Source: Gemmatimonadota bacterium (GTDB lineage: Bacteria; Gemmatimonadota; Gemmatimonadetes; Palauibacterales; KS3-K002). Taken from it: a DNA stretch of 64,000 bases. The notes under the pieces are model-generated. The model ran no database searches and was not told the DNA's origin. It saw nothing but the letters and a program-made list of their open reading frames with translations. The stretch lies in NCBI GenBank assembly GCA_039586795.1, contig JBDHJS010000004.1, positions 1 to 64,000 of the forward strand. Direction: 5' to 3'. Both the position numbers and the translations under genes were made by a program. This document shows, piece after piece, positions 38,318-48,143 of the stretch; position 1 is the stretch's first letter; every line of letters starts with the position of its first letter.

Positions 38318-39976
38318 GTGGCTGAGTTCGCGAACGAGCTTCTCAAGATCGATCACCTGTCGTTCGTGGTCATCGGCATCTTTGCCGGTCTGATCACCAA
38401 CGCTGTGGCGATCTGGATGCTGTTTCATCCACACAAACCGCTACGCGTAAGCCGACTGCGGTTGTTTCCCCAGGGCGCGATCCCCAAAGAGATCAATCGA
38501 ATCGCCAAGCGCATCGGTTTGACGGTCGGCACCCATCTGCTGCGAACCGAGGATATCGTCCAGACTCTGGGCCAGGCGGAGTTTCGCGAGCGATTCGACG
38601 CCACGTTGCGCGGGGCCCTGGAACGCTTGCTCGACAAGGAACTCGGAAACCTCAAGTCGGAGATCCCCGAACATAGACTCGGCGAGGTGACCGGAACGGT
38701 GACCGAGTTCGGCGAGCGGTTGTTGGATGGACTTTCGGAGTACCTGCGAGGCGAAAGCTTCGAGCGGCGGGTGCGGGAGCTGGTGGACCGATTGCGAAGC
38801 GAGTTCGGGGACGAACCGCTCGAGCAGGTGCTGACGCCCGCAGCTCGGGATCAGGTCGTGGCGACGCTGCACGATGTGGGTGAAGGCGTCGTGATGGGCG
38901 ATGGATTCCGCAACGCGATAGGCGAGTTCTTCCAGCGCAACCTCCACGAGTTCGTCACATCGGACGAGCCGCTGGGTCGCTTCGTGCCTACCGGCGCCAT
39001 CAATTTTGGTGAGGCGATAGTGCGCAATTACTTGCCGCTAGTCCTCGATCGCTTTGGCCAGGTGCTCGAGTCGCCGGCGGCGCAGGAACGTGTTCGCCGG
39101 GCGCTCCGCAACTTCATCGACGGTTATCTCAGCCAGCAGGGGATGTTTCAACAGATTGTCGGGCGTCTGATCATCACTGAGAGGACCCTCAGCCAGACGG
39201 TACAGGCGCTGGAACGGGGCGGCGCTGAGGAAGTGGCTGCTTTGCTGCGTGAGCCGCTGATTCAGGATCGGGCGGCCGGAGCGGTGAACGACGCGGTTGA
39301 CGACATGCTGCAGCGTCCGGTGCGCGACATCTTCGGGGATATGAGCGAAGAGGAACTTGTACGCCTCGGAAACGTGCTGGCCGAGCGCATAGTTGACTTC
39401 GCGCGACACGAAACGACGGAGCGGTTCATCGTCAACCGCGCGGACCGACTGTTACAGGCAGCCGAAGGGAAGCGGGTGGTCGACGTGCTGGAGTACCTGG
39501 GGCCCGAGGCGGCCGGTCGAGTCAGCGAGCGGCTCGCCGATTGGATCGTCGAGATCGCTCGCGGCGACCGGGTGCGTGGCTTGTTGGAGGCGGCTCTCGT
39601 CCGTCAGACGGAGTGGCTGCTAACGGTCCCAATTGGACGGCTCCGGGACTACATGCCTCCGGACGCTCTCGACAGAGCGGAACAACTGGTGTTTGATCCG
39701 CTGTGGGAGTTCTTGCAGAAGCGCGTTCCGGTGTTGGTCGCGGAGCTGCCGATCGCTGAGATGGTAGAACAGCGGATCGTCGCCTACCCAATAGCGGACT
39801 TCGAGCGGCTCATCTGGACGGTCACACGACGGGAGCTGCGCCTCATCATCTACCTCGGTGCGTTCTTGGGCGCAGTCGTGGGCTCGATCATGGTTGTCGT
39901 ACAGGCGCCGACGATTGGCCTGTCCTATTTTGGCGCCATCGTCCTCGCGTCCTACCTGTTCATCAATTTCCGCTAG
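38318..39976 (+). CDS. DUF445-family membrane protein
   Basis: TNAVAIWMLFHP..QGAIPK; ELRLIIYLGAFLG. Confidence 0.8.
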   Translation: MAEFANELLKIDHLSFVVIGIFAGLITNAVAIWMLFHPHKPLRVSRLRLFPQGAIPKEINRIAKRIGLTVGTHLLRTEDIVQTLGQAEFRERFDATLRGALERLLDKELGNLKSEIPEHRLGEVTGTVTEFGERLLDGLSEYLRGESFERRVRELVDRLRSEFGDEPLEQVLTPAARDQVVATLHDVGEGVVMGDGFRNAIGEFFQRNLHEFVTSDEPLGRFVPTGAINFGEAIVRNYLPLVLDRFGQVLESPAAQERVRRALRNFIDGYLSQQGMFQQIVGRLIITERTLSQTVQALERGGAEEVAALLREPLIQDRAAGAVNDAVDDMLQRPVRDIFGDMSEEELVRLGNVLAERIVDFARHETTERFIVNRADRLLQAAEGKRVVDVLEYLGPEAAGRVSERLADWIVEIARGDRVRGLLEAALVRQTEWLLTVPIGRLRDYMPPDALDRAEQLVFDPLWEFLQKRVPVLVAELPIAEMVEQRIVAYPIADFERLIWTVTRRELRLIIYLGAFLGAVVGSIMVVVQAPTIGLSYFGAIVLASYLFINFR

Positions 39977-39995
39977 CCGAAGGCCAAGAAACCAG

Positions 39996-40580
39996 GTGAT
40001 TCTCCGCCGGCGTTCGCTCCTTCTACCGTTTGGGGTGGCTGCTGTCATCGCGCTGGCGCCCCGGCCGCTGAACGCTCAGTTCATAACCTTCAGATTCGTC
40101 GCGATCGACATGCTCGGCGGGGCGGCGTGGGTGTCGGATGCGGATCTCGGTGTCGCTTTCGGGGCACGATTCGGATTCGCCGACATCTTCGGACGTGCCG
40201 CGCGTTTGGGCCTCGAGATGGATTGGTGGTCGGCGGGTCACGTTGTACCGGCGTTTGAGATGCGCGACATAATGGGCGGCATCTCCGTATGGCGGGAGCT
40301 GGGGCGCGGAGGGTTGCGACCCTACATCGGAGGGGGGGCGGGGATCCACTCGATCAGCACATCACCCACCGACAGTATCGGTGGGACTCTGCCGCCGCAG
40401 GCGCTGAGACTGCAGGGGACTCGCGTCGGGGCGAGCATCTTTGCTGGTATCACGGCCAGGCTGTCCAGCACCGGTGCGATTTGGCTGCTGCTCGAGTACC
40501 GCTACACCGCCGTCACCGACGTTCCGTTTCACGAGTTACGCGGCGGACTTCGGCTGGCCGGAGCAGATCCCTCGCGTTGA
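39996..40580 (+). CDS. Small outer-membrane beta-barrel protein
   Basis: Signal peptide, RPYIGGGAG, EYRY, terminal LRGGLRL strand. Confidence 0.6.
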   Translation: MILRRRSLLLPFGVAAVIALAPRPLNAQFITFRFVAIDMLGGAAWVSDADLGVAFGARFGFADIFGRAARLGLEMDWWSAGHVVPAFEMRDIMGGISVWRELGRGGLRPYIGGGAGIHSISTSPTDSIGGTLPPQALRLQGTRVGASIFAGITARLSSTGAIWLLLEYRYTAVTDVPFHELRGGLRLAGADPSR

Positions 40581-40629
40581 CGCGCACGAGTTGCTCGCGT
40601 CCCATGTCTCTCGCTATCATGAACTTGCG

Positions 40630-41598
40630 ATGCTGGTGCGGTCGCTTTCAGGTTCGGGGGGTGCAGGGCGCGAGGGCGAGCTGTCCCATCGACAGGCGGG
40701 CGATTTGCTAGTTCCGGAGAATCGCGGGGACGATCACGAATACGGCAAGGCGCCGGGTCCTTCTGACGCCGGCGAAGCTGTCGAGGCGCTGCTCGAGGAA
40801 GTCGGCGAGGAGACGCAACCGCAGCCGGCCGGATACTTTGGAGGGATTCGGGGCCGCACCGCCGTGATCAGCGGCGGGGCCAGCGGGATCGGTCGCCGTA
40901 CGGCGCTCGAGTTTGCCCGCTGCGGTGCCAACGTGGCGTTCAACTGGGTGGATATGCCGGGCCGCGACATCGCGGAAGAGGCGTCGCGGGCGGAGCTCGA
41001 GCTTCAGCAGCTGGAAGTTAAAGTGTTGGCGGCGCGGGTGGACGTTCGGGACCCTGAGGCCGTGCGGCGATTCGTCGATCGCGTACGTGACCGCCTGGGT
41101 GGAATTCACTTTCTGGTGAACGCGGCCGGAGTGCATCGTTCGGCCCCATTGTGGAGAATGACGGACGAGCAGTGGCGCGAGGTGCTAGACGTCAATCTCA
41201 CGGGCGCGTTCAACATGATTCGGGCAGTGGCGCCAACCTTCAAGTCCCAAAGGTACGGCAAGATCGTCAACATCTCTTCGGTTCACGCGTTCATCGGTAG
41301 CTTTGGTGTTGCCAACTACTCGGTGTCGAAGTCCGGACTGATCGGCCTTACAAGGTCTGCCGCAGCCGAGCTTGGTTCTGCCAACGTCAATGTCAATGGA
41401 GTTGCACCCGGGTACGTGCGCACCGATATGCTCTCCGACATTCCGAGTGAAGTGGTCGCCACTTCGGAGGAGAGCGCTGCGATCAAGCGACCCACTGAAC
41501 CCATCGACGTGGCCAACGTAGTACTGTTTCTCTGTTCCGAGATGGCGCGACAGATCACCGGTCAGGTCATCCGAATCGACGCCGGACTGCTCGCCTGA
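40630..41598 (+). CDS. FabG-like SDR oxidoreductase with N-terminal extension (start uncertain)
   Basis: SGGASGIG, NAAG, YSVSK, APGYV.T. Confidence 0.88.
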   Translation: MLVRSLSGSGGAGREGELSHRQAGDLLVPENRGDDHEYGKAPGPSDAGEAVEALLEEVGEETQPQPAGYFGGIRGRTAVISGGASGIGRRTALEFARCGANVAFNWVDMPGRDIAEEASRAELELQQLEVKVLAARVDVRDPEAVRRFVDRVRDRLGGIHFLVNAAGVHRSAPLWRMTDEQWREVLDVNLTGAFNMIRAVAPTFKSQRYGKIVNISSVHAFIGSFGVANYSVSKSGLIGLTRSAAAELGSANVNVNGVAPGYVRTDMLSDIPSEVVATSEESAAIKRPTEPIDVANVVLFLCSEMARQITGQVIRIDAGLLA

Positions 41599-41631
41599 TC
41601 CCAGGGCTTGAAGCGTGAGGGGAGGTTGGAG

Positions 41632-42282
41632 GTGAAGAGGAAAGCGACGCGAGTCAACTGGCTTGCTGTGCCCCTGGCTGCCGTGGTCGCAGCGTGTGGC
41701 GGCAGCAGCGACATAGATGAGGGACCTGTCCCGGTCACCGGTTTCGGCGTACTCAGCGGAAAGACAGTCCTCGTGCTGCCGGTTCAGTACGTCCGTCGGG
41801 TACCGGGCGGCTGGCCGGGGCGCCAGTCCGGTGCCAAAGAGGCGGCGCGTGCGGCCGACGCCGAGATCGCGTTTGCGCTAGACGAATACGGCGGTCGTGC
41901 GATCTGGGTGAAGCCAGAACAGCAGGTAAGAGCGCTGCAACAACAACCTTCAATTCAGGGAGTGGATCCGTACCTGCTTTCCGCGGACAGGCTGAGGGCC
42001 GAAGGGAAGGACGCGAAGACGTTCCGCGATGATCTGTACGGCGAGCTGCGGATGGTCTCGGCCCTGTTTGACGCGCGCTATGCGATCTGGCCTCTCGAAC
42101 TGATCAGCGTTGCTGGTGAAGATGATTCGGGGGAGCACCTAGCGGTGCGATCGTTTCTGTTGGATCTGCGGACGGGAACCGTCCTGTGGTACGGGGTCGT
42201 GATAGGGGATGACCAGCCGCCTGCGTCACCGGGGGCGCTTGCGGGTCTGGCGCAGGCCTTCGCGGAACTGGTCAGTCCCTAG
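41632..42282 (+). CDS. Hypothetical lipoprotein
   Basis: VAAC lipobox, GGAGG RBS. Confidence 0.7.
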   Translation: MKRKATRVNWLAVPLAAVVAACGGSSDIDEGPVPVTGFGVLSGKTVLVLPVQYVRRVPGGWPGRQSGAKEAARAADAEIAFALDEYGGRAIWVKPEQQVRALQQQPSIQGVDPYLLSADRLRAEGKDAKTFRDDLYGELRMVSALFDARYAIWPLELISVAGEDDSGEHLAVRSFLLDLRTGTVLWYGVVIGDDQPPASPGALAGLAQAFAELVSP

Positions 42283-42311
42283 CCGGGCCTGGGCGCGAGG
42301 CGATTGGGACT

Positions 42312-43328
42312 ATGAAGCACACGATCACACTGATACCCGGCGATGGCATCGGGCCGGAGATCGTCGATTCTGCGCTCAGGGTTTTCGATGCCGCCGGCAC
42401 CGACGTCGAATGGGATCGCCAGATCGCCGGGATGGCGTCGGTAGAGAAGGGGCTTGGACCACTACCCGACGAGACCGTCGACTCGATTCTCGCTAACAAG
42501 ATCGCGCTCAAGGGGCCGCTGACGACACCGGTGGGCGAAGGCTTCAGGTCGATCAACGTCGCCCTGAGGAGACACTTCGACCTCTACGCCAACGTGCGCC
42601 CGGCGAAGACGCTGGTGCCTGGCGGCCGCTACGAAGATGTCGACCTGGTGGTCATTCGCGAGAACACCGAGGGGCTCTACGTCGGAGTAGAGCACTACAT
42701 TGGGGTCGAGGAAGACCCCCACGCAGCAGCCGAGTCCGTGATGATCGTCACTCGCTACGGCGCTGAACGCATCGCGCGATTCGCCTTCGACTATGCGGTC
42801 TCGCAGGGGCGGAAGAAGGTCACGTTGGTTCACAAGGCGAACATACTGAAGTGCACTCAGGGGCTGTTCCTCGAGGTCGGCCGTACTATTGCCGAGGAGT
42901 ATGCTGGCCGCGTCGAGTTCGAAGACCGAATTGTGGACAATACGGCCATGCAGCTGGTGGTGAATCCCTACCAGTTCGATGTGCTGGTGATGGAGAACAT
43001 GTTCGGGGATATCCTGTCGGATCAGGCATCCGGGCTGATAGGTGGTCTGGGGATGGCTCCGGGCGCCAACATCGGAAACCACGCGGCCATCTTCGAGGCG
43101 GTTCACGGGTCGGCCCCGGACATTGCGGGTCAGGGAAGAGCCAATCCGTCGGCGATCTTGTTGGCTGGCTGCATGATGTTCGACTACATCGGTCTGACCG
43201 AGGAAGCGTCGCGCACGAGGGCCGCGTTGGCGTCGGCTCTGAAGAACGATATTCGAACCAGCGATCTGGGCGGTAAGGCTACGACAGAGCAATTTGCGGA
43301 TCAGATCATAAAGGAGCTGGCGCCGTGA
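42312..43328 (+). CDS. Isocitrate/isopropylmalate dehydrogenase family (NAD-IDH-like)
   Basis: GDGIGPE, RSINVALR, RENTEGLY, HKANI, FGDILSD, HGSAPDIAG. Confidence 0.9.
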   Translation: MKHTITLIPGDGIGPEIVDSALRVFDAAGTDVEWDRQIAGMASVEKGLGPLPDETVDSILANKIALKGPLTTPVGEGFRSINVALRRHFDLYANVRPAKTLVPGGRYEDVDLVVIRENTEGLYVGVEHYIGVEEDPHAAAESVMIVTRYGAERIARFAFDYAVSQGRKKVTLVHKANILKCTQGLFLEVGRTIAEEYAGRVEFEDRIVDNTAMQLVVNPYQFDVLVMENMFGDILSDQASGLIGGLGMAPGANIGNHAAIFEAVHGSAPDIAGQGRANPSAILLAGCMMFDYIGLTEEASRTRAALASALKNDIRTSDLGGKATTEQFADQIIKELAP

Positions 43329-43660
43329 GATTCGGGTCGACGGAGGCAGCGTGCACTAGCTGCCGCGAGATCTATCCCGCCGGCGATCTCGATCGCTACC
43401 TGTGGTGCCCGGACTGCCGGGACAAGCTGCGGCAGAGTGGGATCGGGTGGGGGAGACTGGTTGGGCTTGTGGCGGCGACAGGCCTCGCGTTGTATCTGTA
43501 TGTCAGGGTCAGTCCATCGCCGCGCTTCATCCTCGTGTATCTGCTTCTCTTGGCCATGACCTACTCGTTGACGAGCCGCATTGCCATGGCGGTAGTGCAG
43601 GGATTTTACCGTTCCCGCGGATCCTACGCGGGCGGATCCGACACACAGGAAGGGGAGTGA
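43325..43660 (+). CDS. Small membrane protein with N-terminal CxxC..CxxC
   Basis: CTSC..CPDC plus two TM helices; overlaps upstream gene. Confidence 0.7.
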   Translation: MRFGSTEAACTSCREIYPAGDLDRYLWCPDCRDKLRQSGIGWGRLVGLVAATGLALYLYVRVSPSPRFILVYLLLLAMTYSLTSRIAMAVVQGFYRSRGSYAGGSDTQEGE

Positions 43661-43664
43661 TGGT

Positions 43665-44846
43665 GTGAGCTTCGAGGGAATCGACTTCTTCAAGACCGAC
43701 CTATTGCTATCCGAGGAAGAGCGGGCTGTCCGCGATACCGTGCGCGAGTGGGTGGAAGACAACCTCATGCCTGTTATTGGGGACTGCTACATCGAACACC
43801 GTTTTCCGAAAGAGCTGATTCCGCAGATGGCCGACCTGGGTTTGTTCGGTTGTAACATGCCGGAGAAGTATGGGTGTGCCGGGCTGAACAACGTTGGCTA
43901 CGGATTGATCCAGCAGGAACTGGAGCGTGGCGACTCAGGCATCCGATCCTTCAATAGCGTGCAGAGCTCGCTGGTCATGTATCCGATCCTCGAATTTGGC
44001 AACGAGGACCAGCGGATGCACTGGCTGCCCAAACTCGCTGGTGGCGAAGCGATCGGCTGTTTCGGGCTGACGGAGCCGGATTTCGGATCGAACCCGGGCG
44101 GTCTGATCACGCGCGCGGTCAAGGACGGAAACGAGTGGGTGATCACTGGGACTAAGATGTGGATCACAAACGCCTCCGTGGCAGACGTGGCGATCATCTG
44201 GGCAAAGACCGGCGAAATCGACGATCCGAAGTCAATTCGTGGGTTCATTGTAGAGACGGATCGAGACGGCTACGTCCCGGCCGACCAAAAGGGCAAGCTG
44301 TCGCTTCTCGCTTCGGACACGAGTGAGATCTCGTTGCAGGAAGTGCGCGTGCCGGATGAGAACCTGCTACCGGGTTCCGGGGGCCTGAAGAGCCCGCTGA
44401 TGTGCCTGAACCAGGCGCGGTACGGAATCGCGTGGGGTGCGATTGGCGCTGCCCAAGCGTGCTACGACGAAGCGTTGAGCTATGGCATCAACCGCGTCCA
44501 GTTCGAGCGTCCGATCGCCGGCTACCAGATTCAGCAGGTCCGGCTGGTCGAGATGATGACCGAGATCACGAAAGCGCAGCTGCTGGCCATCCAACTAGGA
44601 AGGCTGAAGGACAGGGGCGAGCTGCATCATGCCCAGGTGTCGTTGGCGAAGCGTAACAACGTCAGCATGGCGTGCGATGTAGCGCGCGAGGCTCGCCGAC
44701 TATTGGGCGCCAATGGGATACTTGTCGAGTACCAGTCGATGCGGCATATGGCGAACCTGGAGTCGGTGTATACGTACGAAGGGACGCACGATATCCATAG
44801 TCTGATCATCGGGGAGGAGATCACTGGAATCAGCGCGATCCAGTGA
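43665..44846 (+). CDS. gcdH: Acyl-CoA dehydrogenase, glutaryl-CoA dehydrogenase-like
   Basis: ELERGDSGIRS, FGLTEPDFGS, KMWITN, LESVYTYEGT. Confidence 0.85.
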   Translation: MSFEGIDFFKTDLLLSEEERAVRDTVREWVEDNLMPVIGDCYIEHRFPKELIPQMADLGLFGCNMPEKYGCAGLNNVGYGLIQQELERGDSGIRSFNSVQSSLVMYPILEFGNEDQRMHWLPKLAGGEAIGCFGLTEPDFGSNPGGLITRAVKDGNEWVITGTKMWITNASVADVAIIWAKTGEIDDPKSIRGFIVETDRDGYVPADQKGKLSLLASDTSEISLQEVRVPDENLLPGSGGLKSPLMCLNQARYGIAWGAIGAAQACYDEALSYGINRVQFERPIAGYQIQQVRLVEMMTEITKAQLLAIQLGRLKDRGELHHAQVSLAKRNNVSMACDVAREARRLLGANGILVEYQSMRHMANLESVYTYEGTHDIHSLIIGEEITGISAIQ

Positions 44847-44941
44847 CGGGAATCTCGAAGTCGGATATCGGGATTCTGAGTTCGGGAACACAGAACTGCT
44901 TTGAATCATCGAAGCGGATTCGAGATTCTGGATTCGGGTAT
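44847..44941. repeat. 7-nt-period repeat tracts; left arm of an inverted repeat
   Basis: tcggata tcgggat tctgagt tcgggaa; gcggatt cgagatt ctggatt cgggtat. Confidence 0.75.
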
Positions 44942-45006
44942 TTTGGAAGCGGGAGGTTGCCGGGTCGGACTTGTTCGGAGAGATTAGGCGTCACCTAAAC
45001 ATCAGC

Positions 45007-45080
45007 GCGCCCGTAGCTCAACTGGACAGAGCACTGGACTTCGGATCCAGGGGTTGGGGGTTCGAATCCTCCCGGGCGCG
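45007..45080 (+). tRNA. tRNA-Arg (anticodon TCG)
   Basis: Acceptor stem gcgcccg/cgggcgc, anticodon arm ctgga-cttcgga-tccag, GTTCGAA T-loop; CCA not encoded. Confidence 0.95.
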
Positions 45081-45169
45081 CCTTGTATTGTAGTGCCCGG
45101 TTCGCCTGATCGCGGTTTCCGGTTCCCGACTCGTTGAATCAGCTTCCTGCTCTGAATGTCGACTGTTGT

Positions 45170-45214
45170 GAACTCAGAATCCCGACATCCGAGTTCTTGA
45201 ATTCGGGATTCCCA
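45170..45214. repeat. Right arm of the inverted repeat
   Basis: 45170-45192 is the reverse complement of 44861-44883 (22/23 match). Confidence 0.85.
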
Positions 45215-46237
45215 TCAATCGTCCCGGCCGATTAAGAGCATTCTCTCCAGCGCTTGCCTCGCCTTCTCGCGCATCTCGACCGGAACATCGACTTCGTACT
45301 GCCCGAGGCGGAGTGAGTCGAGGGTGTTCTCCAGCGTGATCTTCTTCATGTGTGGACAGAGGGTGCAGGGCCGGACCATCTCCTTCTCCGGATGAGCCTC
45401 CTGGACGTTGTCGGACATTGAGCATTCCGTAACGAGAAGCAGGCGCGGCGAATCGGTCTCATCGACGTATTTGACCATCGCGGTGGTCGAGCCGACGAAG
45501 TCTGCTTCGGCGCACACTTCCGGCGAGCATTCAGGATGGGCGAGGATGACGAGGCCCGGGAACTGCTCGCGATAGGATTGAAGTTCCTCGACGGTGAATT
45601 GCTCGTGTACTATGCAGCGGCCCTTCCAGGCGATGACCTCAACGTCGGTCTCTTTCTGTACGTTGAGGGCTAGGTATTCATCGGGGAGGAAGATCACCCG
45701 GTCGACGCCCAATGATTCGACAACGGCGCGCGCGTTTGCCGAGGTGCAGCAAATATCGGATTCGGCCTTGATCGAGGCCGGCGTATTGACGTAAGTGACC
45801 ACCGGCACCCCGGGGTACTTCTCCTTCATCAGGCGGACGTCCTGGGCGGTGATGCTCTCGCTGAGCGAGCAGCCCGCGTCGAGATCGGGTATGAGGACGC
45901 GTTTCTTCGGATTGAGGATCTTGGCGGTCTCTGCCATAAAGTGAACGCCGCAGAAGACGATCGTATCCTCCTCGACCTCCATAGCGGCCTGGGCCAGGCC
46001 GAGAGAGTCGCCCTGGAAGTCGGCGATTCCGTAAAAGATCTGGGGTACCTGGTAATTGTGTGCCAGGATGACGGCCCCAACCTCCTGCTTGAGGCGCAAG
46101 ATCTCGTGGATCAGCGGCGCCTGCATCCTCCACTCGACCTCGGGGACGAGGTCGCCGATCTTCTCGTATATGTGGGCCGTGGCCCTCTCCACTTCGGGCG
46201 TGAAATCCAGCTGTTGGGTCTTGACCTTCGTTGTCAT
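45215..46237 (-). CDS. nadA: Quinolinate synthase
   Basis: LAHNYQ, FCGVHFMAE, AGCSL, YVNT, CIVH, HPEC, CPHMK. Confidence 0.96.
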   Translation of the reverse strand: MTTKVKTQQLDFTPEVERATAHIYEKIGDLVPEVEWRMQAPLIHEILRLKQEVGAVILAHNYQVPQIFYGIADFQGDSLGLAQAAMEVEEDTIVFCGVHFMAETAKILNPKKRVLIPDLDAGCSLSESITAQDVRLMKEKYPGVPVVTYVNTPASIKAESDICCTSANARAVVESLGVDRVIFLPDEYLALNVQKETDVEVIAWKGRCIVHEQFTVEELQSYREQFPGLVILAHPECSPEVCAEADFVGSTTAMVKYVDETDSPRLLLVTECSMSDNVQEAHPEKEMVRPCTLCPHMKKITLENTLDSLRLGQYEVDVPVEMREKARQALERMLLIGRDD

Positions 46238-46359
46238 TTCCAGTCCTGCCTTGGGTCCTGCGGCCTTCGGCCGTGGTTGGGGACACCTGCCGCTTCAGGC
46301 TATAGACGGAATCTTCGGCAGGGAGGTCTGGAAATGTCAACCCACTTGAGGATCGAGGC

Positions 46360-46389
46360 TTGACCTGGCGCGCGCCGGGCCGTGATATT
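46360..46389 (+). promoter_or_regulatory. Sigma70 promoter of rnpB
   Basis: TTGACC-N17/18-(T)GATATT just upstream of P1. Confidence 0.6.
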
Positions 46390-46395
46390 CCGGGT

Positions 46396-46765
46396 GCCGT
46401 GAGGGGAGTGAAGGGCCGCGGGCCGGCGCCTCCGGGCGCGCGGTTCGAGGAAAGTCCGAGCTCCACAGGGCAGGGTGCCGGGTAACACCCGGGCGGCGCA
46501 AGCCGACGGAAAGTGCCACAGAGAATAGACCGCCGATTGCCGCTCGCGGCTGTCGGTAAGGGTGAAACGGTGGGGTAAGAGCCCACCGCCCGCGCGGGTA
46601 ACCGCCGGGGCACGGCAAACCCCACCCGGAGCAAGGCCAAGTAAGGAGAGAGTGGTGGCCCGCCGCGTTACGATCTCCGGGTAGGCCGCACGAGGCGTCG
46701 GGCGACCGGCGTCCCAGATGAATGGCCCCACAGAACAGAACTCGGCTTATGGCTCCCCTCACGGC
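46396..46765 (+). ncRNA. rnpB: RNase P RNA (class A)
   Basis: GAGGAAAGTCCGAGC, AGTGCCACAGA, GGGTGAAACG, GGCAAACCCC, AGAACTCGGCTTA; P1 pairing gccgtgaggggag/ctcccctcacggc. Confidence 0.97.
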
Positions 46766-46847
46766 GTTTTGCCCTCCGAGTTGGAGGGCGTGTTTTATGT
46801 CCGGTCGATAGCAGAGGACGTCCCACTATTCGGAAGGGTAGCCGTAC

Positions 46848-48143
46848 GTGGCTGGCAACGGCGTGATTCATTTTGAGCTCAAGGAGCGTACCCTGGACAA
46901 CGGGCTGCGCGTGATCGTGCAGGAAGATCACACGTCTCCGGTCGTCTCGGTGCATATCATGTATCACGTCGGATCGAAGCACGAACGGCCGGGAAGGACA
47001 GGATTCGCTCACCTGTTCGAGCACCTGATGTTCCAGGGCTCCGAGCACGTGGCGGACGATGGGCATTTCAAGCTCATCCAGGACGCCGGCGGAACGCTGA
47101 ACGGAAGCACCTGGTTCGACCGTACGAACTACTACGAGACGCTACCTGCCAACGAGATCGAGCTGGGTCTGTGGCTCGAGTCTGACCGCCTGGGGTTCTT
47201 CGAATCATCTATCACGCAAGAAAAGCTGGACAACCAGCGTGACGTAGTGAAGAACGAACGGCGTCAGTCCTACGAGAACCGGCCGTACGGATTAGCGGCG
47301 GAAACGATTCTGAGGATGGCGTTCCCCAAGGGGCACCCGTACCACCACCCGACGATCGGGTTTATGGAGGACCTGGACGCGGCCAGCCTCGAGGACGTGC
47401 GCGAGTTCTTCAGAACGTTCTACACGCCGGACAACGCCGTGCTGGTTCTGGTGGGCGACCTGGAGGCGGAACGGGGTTACGAACTGGCGGAGAAGTACTT
47501 CGGGGAGATCCCTCGCGGGTCCGGCGCCCCCCAGGTGACGGCGCCGCAAGTACCGCCGGGGGAACAGCTCCGGGACACGATCTACGACAACATCCAGTTC
47601 CCGCGTGTTTACATCTTTCATCACGCCCCGCCATTCGGTCACGACGGGTTCGAGTCGGCAGATGTGCTGTCGTACCTGCTGGCCGACGGCAAGAGCTCCC
47701 GGCTGTACCGCAAGTTGGTTTACGAGAAGCGTATCGCGCTGGACGTGAACGCGAACGTGTGGCCGACTCAGGACTGTGGTCTCGGGTTCATCGTCGCCAC
47801 GGCGCGGCCGGGAGTCGAGGCGGAGACGCTGGAGTCGGCGATCATCGAGACGCTCGAAGAGCTGCGGGAGGGCGGTCCAGATGCCGACGAGGTCGAGGGC
47901 GGCGTAAATCGTGGACTGCGCGAATTGGTCACGGCGCTCGAGGGCGTGGGCGATCGATCCGACGCGATAGCTACTTCGGCAACGTTTCTGGGGCGGCCCG
48001 AGTACGTCAACGACCTGTTCGAGCGGGTTGCGGCTGTCGACGCCGACGCTGTGCGCCAGACTTTGGGCGAGTGGTACGTGCCGGAACGCCGGGGGACGCT
48101 CTATGTGCTACCGAACGAGAAACCGGGAGGTGGCAAATCGTGA
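46848..48143 (+). CDS. M16 peptidase, catalytic subunit
   Basis: HLFEH inverted zinc motif, NGST..DRTNYY. Confidence 0.93.
   Translation: MAGNGVIHFELKERTLDNGLRVIVQEDHTSPVVSVHIMYHVGSKHERPGRTGFAHLFEHLMFQGSEHVADDGHFKLIQDAGGTLNGSTWFDRTNYYETLPANEIELGLWLESDRLGFFESSITQEKLDNQRDVVKNERRQSYENRPYGLAAETILRMAFPKGHPYHHPTIGFMEDLDAASLEDVREFFRTFYTPDNAVLVLVGDLEAERGYELAEKYFGEIPRGSGAPQVTAPQVPPGEQLRDTIYDNIQFPRVYIFHHAPPFGHDGFESADVLSYLLADGKSSRLYRKLVYEKRIALDVNANVWPTQDCGLGFIVATARPGVEAETLESAIIETLEELREGGPDADEVEGGVNRGLRELVTALEGVGDRSDAIATSATFLGRPEYVNDLFERVAAVDADAVRQTLGEWYVPERRGTLYVLPNEKPGGGKS

Noticed and set aside
44847..45214. tRNA as integration site of a genomic island
   Set aside because: No integrase, no duplicated tRNA 3' end, and flanking genes are housekeeping
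46300..46762. Minus-strand ORFs of about 140 aa
   Set aside because: Antisense shadows of the RNase P RNA gene
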